Position numbers and translations under genes: made by a program. From positions 930,001 to 994,000 of the forward strand of contig CM026547.1 in NCBI GenBank assembly GCA_014905635.1: a stretch of DNA of 64,000 nucleotides, in the 5' to 3' direction. Each line of letters begins with the position of its first letter. Position 1 is the first letter of the stretch. The DNA comes from Scenedesmus sp. PABB004. Lineage: Eukaryota. Under the pieces are notes generated by a model. That model had not been told where the DNA came from and ran no database searches. It was given only the letters and a program-made list of their open reading frames with translations. Shown piece by piece: positions 11,201-21,794 of the stretch.

Positions 11201-14200
11201 TCCAAGCTCGCCGCGTGCGGCGGCGCCGCCACCGCCGTCGTGAGCGCCGCGGCAGCGGGCGACGTCTGCGACGCGCAGCCCGCGGGCGGCGGCGGCGCGC
11301 TGGTGGCCGTGAGCGGGCCGGTGCCGGCCGTGCTGCGGGCGTGGCTGGCCGACCTGCTGCTGCAGCTGGGCGAGGTGGCGGAGCTGGTGCGGCCGCAGCT
11401 GTGCGCGCAGGACATCAACGTCGCCGCCGATGAGGTGGAGGAGGAGGGCGACGGCGAGGGCGACGGCGAGCCCGTGAGCGACGAGGGCGACGAGGGCGAC
11501 GAGCCGGAGCAGGGCGGCGGCGCGGGCGACGGCAGCGGCGGCGGCGGCGGCCTGCTGATGGGCCCGGCGGTGCAGCTGCTGACGACTGGGTGCTGGACCA
11601 GCTTCAAGGAGGCCTCCCTCCTCATCGGCACGCTGGCGCGCCGGCTGCCGCTGCCGGGCGAGGGCGGCGGTGGCGGCGTGATCGAGCTGCTGCAGGCGGC
11701 GCAGCTCGCCGCCGGCGGCGACACGCTGCTCGCGCTGCTGCTGAGCGCGAAGCACAACGGCGCGGTGGACAAGAGCCAGCCCGGATTCATTGCGCTCGCG
11801 CAGCGCCTGCTGCAGAGCGGCGCGCCGGCGCTCAACGCGCTGCCCGCGGGCTGGCTGTCGCGCTGCCTCGCGCGTGTGAGCGAGCCGGGGCAGTGCCGCG
11901 ACGACATCGTCCGCCGCTCGTCGGGTGCGGGCCCCGCGCTGCCGCCGCGCCACGGCGCCGGCGCGCCGCCGCCACCTTCCCCGCGCTGCGCGTGCGAGGC
12001 CGCCGGCTCACGCTGCTGCTGCGCGCGCGCGTCGCAGGCCTGCCGTTTGCGGTGTGCGCACTGTTCCTGGCCGAGCCGTCGGGCGTGCCGCGCGTGCTGC
12101 TGCCGTCGGGCCTCACGCAGCTGCTCGCGGTCGCGGACGACGCGTCGCTGCCAGAGCCCTGGCCACGGGTGCGCGCGCCGCGCCGCGCGCCGCGCCCGCT
12201 GCGCAGCCCGCCCTCGCGCGGCGCGCGGCGCGCCGACGCGGCGCGCGGCGCGCCGACGCGGCGCGCGGCGCGCCGACGCGCCGCCGCCCCGCCTCTGCCC
12301 CGCCGCCGCGGCTGCGGGCCTCTCAGGTCCACGCGTTTAACGTGCTGCGCGCCGTCTTCAACGACGCGTCCATGGCGCTCGACACTAGCGGCTTCCACGC
12401 GGACGGCGTGGCCGCGGCGATCCGGGGCATGGACGCCCCCGCGTGGGAGGTGCGCGCACTGGCGGGGGCGGGCGCGTCGCCTCGCCCGCGCCGCGTGCCC
12501 GGCGCGCGCCGCCGGCGCCGACGCGCGCGCGCCGACCGCGCCGCCACCGCCGCCGCAGGTGCGCAACGCCGCAGCGCTCGCGTTCACGGCGCTCGTGATG
12601 CGCGTGGTCGGCTACCGCAACGCCGGCAACAAGGCGCAGCGCGTCAGGCCGCTCGCGCAGCTCGCGGCGGCGCCGCCCGGCGCGCACCTGCGCCTCGGCG
12701 GCGGCGCGTCAGCGCCGCCGCCGCCGCCGCCGGGCGCGGGCGGCGGCTGGTGCGTCAAGTCGCCGACCGCCGCCGACTTCTTCGCGCGCTACCCGCGCCT
12801 CCACAGCTTCCTGCTTGGCCAGCTGCGCGCCGCGGCCGCCGCGCTGGCGGGCGGCGCGGGCGGGCGCGGCGGCGGCGAGGCCCCGGCCAGCCTCTTCCCC
12901 GTCATGGTCATCCTCTCGCGCCTCAAGCCGGCGCTGCTGCGCGGCGGCCTCGCCGCCGGCGCGGCGCCCGGCGACGGGGCGGACGGCGACGAGGGCGGCG
13001 GCGGCGACGAGGGCGGCGGCGACGCGCTCACGCCCGGCGCGCTCGTCCCCGCGGTGCTGGCGGTGGGGCGCTCGGCGCCCATGGGCGTGCGGCAGATCGC
13101 CGCCGCGTCGCTCGCGCCGCTGGTGGCGGCCGACGCGCTGGAGGCGACGTGCGCGGCGCTGGCGGCGGAGCTGCCCCGCGACCGCGGCGCTGCCGCGGCG
13201 CTCGAGCACAACGTGCTGCACGGCGTGCTGCTGCAGCTGTGCGCGCTCCTGGCGGCACTCGCGAGCAGCGGCGGCGGCGGCGCTGCCGGCGACGCGTGGC
13301 GTGCGCAGGCTGCGGTGCTGGTCGCGCAGCTGCTGCCTGCGCTCGCGGGCGCCGCGTGGCTTGCAGGCAGCGCCGACTGCAGCAGCGCAGTGCGGCAGGC
13401 CTACCTCGCGGTGGCGGCGCAGCTGGTCATGCTGGCGCACGGCGCATGGCCGCAGCTGCTGGCGCTGGACGGCGGCGCCGCGGCGCAGCAGCTGCGCCGG
13501 CTCATGGCGGAGCTGGCGGCCGCGTGCGAGGCGGAGCTGCAGCGCACCGTGCCGGCGGCGCGCGGCGAGGCGGCGCCGCCGGCCGCCGCGGAGGCGGCCG
13601 ACCCGCAGCACTGCTGCCTGCTGCGCGACGCCGCGGCGCTGCTGCTTGGGCCGCTGCTGCGCGTGCGGCTGCTTGCGGAGCTGCAGGCGCAGCAGCAGCA
13701 GGGCGGCCCGGGGCCGCAGCAGGAGCCATTTGGCAGCGTGGACGCGGGCGCCTTTGTGCAGCGCCTGCTCGCCGAGCTGGTGGCGGCGCTGCCGCTGTGC
13801 GTCGACAGCGCCTCGTACGAGGTGCGCGGCGCGGCGCTCAAGGCGGCAGCGGTGCAGCTGGGGCAGGCCCGCGCGCTCGTCGCGGCGGCGCCGGGCCTGG
13901 CGCAGCTGCCGGGCGTGCCGGCCGCGCTGGCGGCGCTGGCGGCGGCGCTGTGGGCGGCGCTTGAGCGCGAGCCCAGCGTCAAGGTCACCAAACGCCTGCT
14001 TGCGGCGCTGGGCGAGCTCCAGCAGCTGCAGGCGGGCGGCGGCAGCGTGCAGCCGCAGCGCCTGGCCGCGGCGCTCGCGGTCGCGGCGCGGTGCAGGCAG
14101 GCCGAGGTGCGCGTCGCGGCGCTCGGCTGCGCAGCGCGCGAGGCGCGGCCGGCGGTCGCTGCGGCGGCCGCCGGCGGCGCGCCGCAGCAGCAGCAGCAGC

Positions 14201-15255
14201 TGGAGCAGCTGGCGCGCCTCGTCGAGCTCGTGCAGCTGTGCAGCCAGCCCAGCGCGCAGGAGGCCGTGCGCGCCGCCGCCGCCGCCGCGCTGGAGCAGAG
14301 CGGCCTGCTCTGGCCGGTCGCGGCACCGCCGGCGGGCGGCGCCGGCGACGCGGCCGCGCGGCTGTCACTGGCCGCCTGGGCAGCGGCGCTGCAGCTGATG
14401 GAGGACGAGGACGATGCGGTCCGGCAGCCGGCCGGCGACGCGGCGCAGCAGGTGCTCGCGTCGCTGCCGGGGGGCGGCGCGCCGGGCGGGGACGCGCCCG
14501 CGGCCGGGGCGCCGCCGAGCGCCGCGCCGGGCGGCGGCCCGGGGCGGTACGTCGAGGCGGTCGAGGCGGCCAGCTTTGCCCTGCTCGCGCGCTGCGTGGC
14601 GTGGCGGCCGGAGCTCGCGGGCGACGTCGTCGCGCTGCTCGCGGGCGCCGTGTTCCCGCCCGGCGCGCCGCTGCCGGCGGTGCTGGCGGCGGGGCAGCGC
14701 CGCCGCGCCGCGGCGGGCGGCGGCGGCGGCGGCGCGCCGGCGCTGCTCGGCGGCATCCTCGTGCGCCGCCTGTTTGAGCGCGAGGCCGACAACCACCACG
14801 AAGAGCCCGTGCTGCTGGCGCAGCACGCCGCGGGCGCGCTGCGCGGCCTGCTCGCGGCGCCGGCGCCGGCGCCGGGCGCGGCCGGCGCGGCCGCCGCGTG
14901 GGCGGCCGCCCTCGTGGGCTTCCTGTCGGCTGCCGCCGCCGCGCTCGCGGCGCCGCGCGGCGGCGCCGACGGCGGCTGGGTCGGCGGCGACACGGGCCAC
15001 CCAGAGGTCTTCCCGCCCCTCTACCGCTGCCTGCTGGGGCTGTGGGCGGCGGCGCCGTGCTGGGCGCCCGCGCGCGGCGGCGCCGCGTCGGGCCTGGCGG
15101 TGCAGGTGGCGGCCGGCGTGGCCGCGCTGCAGGGCGCGCAGCCCGCAGCGCTGCTGCAGCCGGTGCTGGCAGAGCTGGCGCGGTGCTGCGCAGGCGGGGG
15201 CGCCGACGGCGCCGGCGATGCGGCGGGCGTGCTCTTTCTGGCGCAGCCCACGTGA
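6718..15255 (+). CDS. THADA: THADA/Trm732-family HEAT protein (DUF2428), tRNA position-32 2'-O-methylation cofactor (exons 6718-6807, 6970-9419, 9971-10161, 10278-10658, 10762-11924, 12038-12168, 12327-12449, 12559-15255)
   Basis: Family motifs LVDSWDKLR, SPRMRESDAGA, GCWTSFKEASLL, KHNGAVDK, RRSSGLP, VHAFNVLRAVF, WEVRNAAALAFTAL, FFARYPRL, LFPVMVILSRL, RRLFEREADNHHEEP. In-phase GT-AG introns. Confidence 0.9.
9505..9589 (+). ncRNA. Intronic box C/D snoRNA candidate, copy 1
   Basis: Terminal stem GAGCC/GGCTC, box C ATGAGGA (9511-9517), D' CCGA (9535-9538), GGGC/GCCC hairpin, C'-like CTGCGGA, box D CTGA (9581-9584). D' guide TTGGAAGCTGGAAT is antisense to the conserved 18S sequence AUUCCAGCUCCAA with one bulged A. 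Confidence 0.75.
9662..9741 (+). ncRNA. Intronic box C/D snoRNA candidate, copy 2 (paralog of copy 1)
   Basis: Box C ATGAGGA 9666-9672, D' CCGA 9689-9692, D CTGA 9735-9738, stem GCC/GGC. Guides are identical to copy 1; differences fall only in spacer/hairpin positions. Confidence 0.75.
9785..9868 (+). ncRNA. Intronic box C/D snoRNA candidate 3 (different guide)
   Basis: Stem GGCC/GGCC, box C-like GGGAGGA (9790-9796), guide CCAATCCTTTT antisense to green-plant LSU AAAAGGAUUGG, D' CCGA (9819-9822), hairpin, C'-like CTGCCGA, D CTGA (9861-9864). Confidence 0.6.
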
Positions 15256-15350
15256 CCTTTGCGAGCAGGAGAGCTGACTGGGCGAGAGAGCGGGAGTGAC
15301 GGCGAGAGAGCGGAGTGAGTGCGGGTCGGTCACAGGCAACGCGCAGGGCC

Positions 15351-17217
15351 TCAACCTACACGGCCGCCCGACTCGTCCGACTCGTCCGACGACGACAGGC
15401 TGCCGTCCGAGCTGCTGCTGCCGCCAAGCAGCGGCTCCGGCGCGCCCCCGCCGCCGTCGTCCTCGCCCCCGTCCGCGTCCATCCAATGCTGCGGCTGGCC
15501 GCGCCGCCGCCGCAGCGGAGGCCGCTGCCCCTGCTGTGCGTCGTCGAGCGCCGGCCCGTGCGCCGGCGGCGCCCGCTGCTGTGGCTGCGGCTGCTCCTCC
15601 TGCTGCTGCTGCCGCTGCTGCGGCGGCTCCGCCTGCTCCTGCTGCTGCTGCTGCTGCTGCTGCGCGACGGGCTGCGCCGCCTGCCCCGCCTGCGCTGCCG
15701 CCATGCTCTGCCGATACGACGCCAACTCGGCCTTGTACGACTCGCGCGCCGCGCGCTCCTCGGCGGTCAGGCCCCCGTCCGGCGCGTCGGCCTGCGGCGC
15801 CGCCGCCGCCGCATGCGGGGCGGTGGCTGAGCGCTTCGCCGGCCGCGCGCCGCCGCCGCCCCGGCCCCGCACCGCCGCCGCCCGCCGCCGCCGCACCGCG
15901 CCGGCCAGGTACGCCTGGCTCGACCAGCGCAGCAGGGTCAGGATCTCGCCCAGCGCGCTGAGCCCGCGCTGGCGCAGCAGCGCGGCCGGCACCGGCTCCT
16001 GCTGCCCCGGGCGCGCCGGGCGGCCCGCCGCCCGCACGGCCAGGGCAGACAGCTCCAGGTCCTCCGGCGCCGGCGCCAGCGAGAGCAGGGCAAACGCGGC
16101 GTCGCGCTGTTCGTAACGGTCAGGGCTGTTGAGCAGCATGCCCATGAGCGGCACCAGCCCGTGCTCCTGCGGCGGCGGGTGCTGTCCGTCGGCGGCGGCG
16201 GCGGCGGCGGCGGCAGCGGGACCGCGGGCGCTGCAACCGCGGCGCTCGGCCGCCCCGCCCCCGCCGCACCCGCAGCCACGCGTCCACGCCGGGCTGCTGC
16301 TCGGCGAGCCTCGCGAGCGCCACGGCGGCGCGGTCCCGGTGGAAGGGCACCGCGTCGCGGTCGAGCGACACGAGCCGCAGCAGGGCCCCCACCGCGCCGG
16401 CGCGCTGCAGCAGCGGCCCCGCGCTGGCCACGCGCAGCGCAATCTTGTACAGCACCTGCGCGGCGCGGCGCGGGCGCGTCGTCGGGCAGCGCGCCCCGCG
16501 CCCCGTGCGGCCGCTGCGCGGCGGCGCCGCGGCGACGCAGCGGCGCCGCGGCGGCGACGCGCGACCTGCAGCGACCACTGCTGCGCCGAGCTGCTGCTGC
16601 TCTGCAGCATGGCGACCAGCGGCACGGTGCTGGTCGCCGCAAGCCAGGCGAGCTCGTCGTCGTCGTCGCAGCAGTTCAGGACGGACGCGGCCATCGCCTG
16701 CAGCTCCGGATCGCCGCCGTAGCGCACGAGCCAGGCCATGTCGTCGACGACCGCGCGCCGCACCGCGGCCTGCGCCGCCGCCGCCGCGCCATCGCCTGCG
16801 CTGCCGTCCTGCCAGCGCTGCAGCGCGCGCGCGAGCGCGGCCACGTCCGCCGCGCTCGGACTGCTGCTGCCGCGCAGCGCGCGCACGGCGGCGCCGATGT
16901 CGGCGTGCAGCGCGCCGACCGCGGCCAGGCTCGGCTGCCCCTCCGCCGGCGGCGGCCGCCCGCGCCGCGCCGCCCAGTCGGCGATCGCGGCGCGCAGCCA
17001 GGGGAGGCGCGCGACCTGCGCGTCGACGACCTCCACGTTGGTGCGCGGGCAGCGGTGGTGCCCGGCCGCAAACCAGCGCGCGAGGCTGGCGCGGTCATAG
17101 ACCATGCCCGTTGCGACGAGTATGACAGGCTCAGCCATCAGCTCAAACGTGATGGGGTCGCGGTACTCCTCCTGCGAGCGACCGCCACGCGCGCGCGCAC
17201 GGCCTGGGCGCGCCGCT

Positions 17218-17291
<74 letters not shown>

Positions 17292-17327
17292 AGTGGCGGC
17301 GGCGGGGCGCGGGCGCGCGCACCGGCA

Positions 17328-17361
<34 letters not shown>

Positions 17362-17463
17362 CCCCGCGCCGCGCTCGCGCCAGGCGGCGGCCGCCAGGGC
17401 GACGACGACAGCCGCCAGCGCCGCACCCGCAGCCAGCGCGGTGGCCCAAGCGGGCCGCTCCAT
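15351..17463 (-). CDS. U-box/ARM-repeat E3 ubiquitin ligase with N-terminal hydrophobic anchor (exons 17463-17323, 17171-16566, 16455-16270, 16166-15351; possible in-frame intron 15896-15792)
   Basis: MERPAWATALAAGAALAAVVVALAAAAW..DDDDDDD..VP|EEYRDPITFELMAEPVILVATGMVYDRASLARWFAAGHHRCPRTN...LRAAIADW is a U-box; ARM-like helices follow. Confidence 0.85.
17219..17290. repeat. (CGG)n microsatellite, about 24 units, in U-box intron 1
   Basis: Uninterrupted GCGGCG run visible in the sequence. Confidence 0.9.
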
Positions 17464-17806
17464 CGGCGGCGGCGGCGGCGGCGGCGCAGCAGCGGCGGCG
17501 GCGCAGCTGCGGCTGCAGCAGCGGCGGCGCGCCGGCCGGCCGCGCACGTGGAGCGCTGGTGCGGCGGTGGTGCGAGCAGACGGCGGTGAGGGCGCAGTGG
17601 GTGTGGCGCGGGGGCGTGGGGAGAGGAGACGCTCCTTCGGCGTCTCGCTCCTTCGCGGCGGCGGCGCGCAAACACTCGCCCCAGCGACAGCTGCGCAGTC
17701 CAGCCTCCCGGCGCTGCGCCCGTCCTCGTGTCGTGCCGGTCGAAGCGCCCGCTGCCCCTCGGCGCCCAGCTCGCGGCAGGCGGGGCGAGAGGGCGCGAGG
17801 GCCATC

Positions 17807-18276
17807 ATGCTGCTCCCGCGGCACCGCCTGCGCCCGGCGGGCCGCGAAGCCCAGGGCTGTGATCGACGCGTGCGATGCGTGGTCGTCCGGGTGGCGCGGC
17901 AGCCCGCGAGCGGGCGCGGCGAGGTGGGCCCGGCGTCAACCGCCCGCGCGGCGCGCTGCTGCCGCCGCGCCGCGCCGCAACCCGCCCGCCCGCCCGCCGC
18001 GCCCCGGCGCCGCAGGTGCAGGCGGCAGCGCAGGCAGCGCAGGCCGCTGCGGCGGCGCCGCAGCAGCCGGCGCGGCGGCAGCAGGCGCAACCGCCGGCGC
18101 CCGCGGTGCCCGCGCCGGCGCCCGCGGCCGCGCCCGCCACGTACCGCGAGGAGGCGGACGCGCTGGAGGGCGACATCAAGGTCATCGGCCTCGGCGCGCG
18201 CGGCATCAGCGCGACCTCGCGCCTCATGGGTGCGCGGCGGCGGCGGCGGCGCGCAACGAGCACGCCCCGCGCGGCC

Positions 18277-18328
<52 letters not shown>

Positions 18329-19818
18329 GCCGCCGCCCGTTGTGGCACGCGCGCGCAGGCAACAAGAACGTGCAGGGCGCGGAGTTTTGGGTGCTTGACA
18401 CCGACGCCAAGGTGCTGGGCGCGTGCGGCGCGCCCAACACACTGCGCATCGCGGTCGAGGACGACGCGCAGCTCTCGCCGGCGGAGCTCGCCCGCCTCGC
18501 GGGCGAGGCCGCGGTGGCGGCGGCCGCGGCGGCGCCGCAGCGGCGCCCCGGCAGCCCGGTGCAGACGTGCGGTGCGTGGCGCGCGCGGCGCGGCACGGCG
18601 GGGGCGGCACGGCGCGGCGCGGCGCGGAGACCCGAGCCGCGCCGCCGCCCCCATCCCCGCCACCCCCCCCTCCCCGCCAGGCGTCGCGTTCCTCGTGGCG
18701 AGCGCGGGCGGCATCCCGGGCGGCTCGACGCTGGTGGGCCGCGCGCAGCGCGCGCGGCACGCCCCCGATCTCCCCGCCGCCCTCCCCGCCGCCGCCCACG
18801 CCGTCCGCCCGCCGCCGGCCCGCGCGTACGCGCGCGCAGCTGCTGCAGGTCGCTGCGTACCTGCGGCGCGTGGGCTACTTTGTGGTGGCCGCGCTCACGC
18901 GGCCGTTTGACTTTGAGGGCCGGCGCAAGCTGGAGGAGGCGGACGCGGTCATCGAGGCGCTGCAGGACGTCGCGCAGCTCGTGGTGCGCGGCGCGGCGGG
19001 GGCCGGCTCAGCGCGAGCGCGCGGGCGGGCGGCCGGGCGCGCGCGCCGACGCCGCCGGCGCCGCGCAGGTGGTGGTGCCGCAGGGCGTGCTCACGCGCGC
19101 GAGCGCGGAGCTCACGATCAACGACGCCAGCGCGATCGCCGACAACACGCTGGAGGTCAGCTGCCGGGCGATCCTGTGGGCGCTGGGCGCGCCCGAGGTG
19201 CTGCGCGCGTCCGCAGGTGCGCCGCGGGCCGCGGCGACGGCGTCAGCGCAGCGCCCAGGGAGGCGCCCGCGCGGCAGCGGCGGCGGCGGCGGTGGCGGGC
19301 ACGGCCGAGCGCCGCCGCGCCGCCGCTGTTGCAGGCGCGATGCTGTGGCATGGCCGAGACCTGCGCCAGTACAAGCGCCTGCTGTCGCCGCCGCTGGAGG
19401 TGCTGCTGACCTGCCCCGGCGTCGGCGGCCTCGGCCGCGGCCTCGCGAGCCTGCCGGTCACGTCGCTGGTCGAGGCGGGGCTGGCGAGCGGGCTCAGCAC
19501 GCTCGCGGAGGACGCCGTCGCGGTGCGCGGGCGCGGCGGCGGCGAGCGAGCGGCGGCGGCTGGCGCTGCTGCCGCGGCCACGCGGCCCCAGCCGCAGCGC
19601 GGCGCCCGACGCGCGCCGCCGCCCCGCGCTGCCGCCGCCGTCCCGTCGCCAGGCCGCGGTGGAGTCGCCGTTCCTCGAGAGCGCCATGCCCAGCGCGAGC
19701 GCCGTGCTGTGCGTGCTGAGCCTGCCCGCGCGCGTGCTGGCACACGACCTCAGCCTCAGCTCGCCCAGCGCGGTCAACGACCCCGAGAAATACGCCATCC
19801 GCGCCGCGGTGCAGGTGC

Positions 19819-19861
<43 letters not shown>

Positions 19862-20912
19862 GCGCCGGCAGCGTGGCCTGGCCTTGAGCTGCGCGGGGGA
19901 GCTGCGCGCGGCCGCCGGCACCCAGCCCGCCGCGCCGGACCGCGCCCCAGGTGGCGGCGATGACGGTGGTTGACCTCGCGGGGCGGCACTGCCAGGAGGT
20001 CGTCGTCTGCGCGCACGTGCGCCCCGACTGGCCGCACACCGACCCCGCGCTCCTCTGCCTCGAGGCGACGCTGCTGGTGCTGGAGGACCCCGCCGCCGCG
20101 GAGGAAGGTGGGCGCCGCGCCGCGCCGCGCCGCACCGCGCGGGGGGCGCCTTGCGGCGGCGTGAGCCCCGTCCCCGCCTCGCGCCCCTGACCCCCCGCCG
20201 CTCGTGCTGCCGGCGCCCCGCAGCCGCGGCGGCCGCAGCGGGCGGGCAGGCCAGCTTCCCCTTTGTCACCCCGCCCCAGCGGCGCCGGCGGCGGCGCGCG
20301 GCGGCGGCAGCCCCATCCTGCACAGCGCGGCGCTGCGGCCGGCGGCCGCGGCGGCGCCGCAGCCGCCGCCGGGCGCGGCGGCGCGCGGGCCGCTGGGCCA
20401 GCCGCTGCCCGCGGGGCAGGCGGGGCAGGCGGCCCAGCCCGCTGCGCCGGCGCGGCAGGCGTCGCCGGCGGCGGGGTCGGCCAGCGCGCGCAGCGCGTGG
20501 AGCGCCATGTCTGCGATCGCCGGCGGCTCGGCGGCGGCGGCGGTGGGGCAGTACAAGAAGCAGGTGCGCGCCGCGCGCTGGCGCGCCGTGGGTTTGCCGT
20601 GGGGGCGGCGCCGCCGCGGCGCGGCCTCCCCCGACGCGGCGCCGTCCCCGACGCCGCAGGGCCCGCCGCGCGCGCCGGCGGCGCCGCCGCCGGCGCAGCA
20701 GGGCGGCATCATTGACGGCTCCAACCCCGGCAGGCTGGCGCCAGCGGCCAGCGCCAGCGGCAGCGCGGCGGCGCCCGCGCCCGCGGCCGGCGGCAGCAGC
20801 CCCAGCCCGAGCCGCGCGCGGCCGTCGTTCAACTTCTTCGCTGGCACGCCGCCGCCGGCCGCCGCCGCCGCGGGCGGCGGCTCCGCGAGCAGCAGCGGCG
20901 CTGGCAGCAGCC

Positions 20913-20948
<36 letters not shown>

Positions 20949-21534
20949 GCCCCGCGTTTGCCAGCCCCCTGGGCGGCCGCGTGTCGCCCAGCGGGGGCTC
21001 GCCCGCGCCGCAGCAGCCCAGCAGCGCGCAGGCGGCCCAGCAGCAGCAGCAGCAGCAGCAGCAGCACAGCGACAGCGGCGACCAGCTCACGCTGGTGCCG
21101 CGCATGGCCAAAAAGCTGGTGAGCTGCCTCCGCGATGCCGCTGCTGCCGCCTGCGGGCGTGCGGGCTCCTCGCCGCGCGCCGTTGCCGCTGGCGCGCACG
21201 GCCTGCCAACGGCGCCACGCCGCCGCCGCAGGTCGACTCCATGGTGGCGCAGTCCCTGGACCTGCCGCCCTCAGCGGCGCGCTGGCGGCACCAGCAGCGC
21301 CGCCAGGGCGGGGCACCCCGCCGCGCCGGCCACTTCCCGCTTGCCGCGGTGCCCTGGACGACCGGCGCGCCCGGCGCCGGCGGCGCCGCGCCCGACGGCG
21401 GCGTGGAGGGCTTTGTGGGCGGCAGCGCGGACGTGGACGAGCCGGGGGACGACGCGCCGCGGGACGTGCGCTCGCGCGTCGCGGGCATGCTGCAGCAGGA
21501 GCGCGGCCAGGGCTGGGCCAGCCGCGACGACTGA
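17807..21534 (+). CDS. ARC3: ARC3-like plastid-division regulator (degenerate FtsZ-like domain plus middle region; no MORN repeats), about 12 exons
   Basis: Transit peptide; FtsZ-like motifs DIKVIGLGARG, FWVLDTD, TRPFDFEGRRK, AAVESPFL. The GGGTGS/TG tubulin signature is degenerate (ASAGGIPGGST). Ends RSRVAGMLQQERGQGW, resembling the land-plant ARC3 segment just before MORN. Confidence 0.7.
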
Positions 21535-21794
21535 GCGGAGAGCGCGGCCGCCGTGGAGCGCTGCGCGGGCGGTCGGGCAGGGGCTGGCGACGCCGGTTGC
21601 CCGGTTGGCGCGCCGCGGTGACCAACGGCTGCCGCGCTCCGCGCCGCGCAGCGCCGGCAGTGCCGCCCGCGCTCGACCCCTCTCCTCGCGAGTCACAACC
21701 GGGCAGTCAACGCTGCGCGCGGTGCTTTGCAAATCACAATGTGTGCCGCAGACGCAGCGCCACAACGCCAGTACTGTACAATACCAGGGCCGGG

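Noticed and set aside
17807..21534. Canonical FtsZ or a horizontally acquired bacterial gene
   Set aside because: The GTP-binding signature is degenerate, and the gene has about 11 introns and a transit peptide; it fits ARC3 better.
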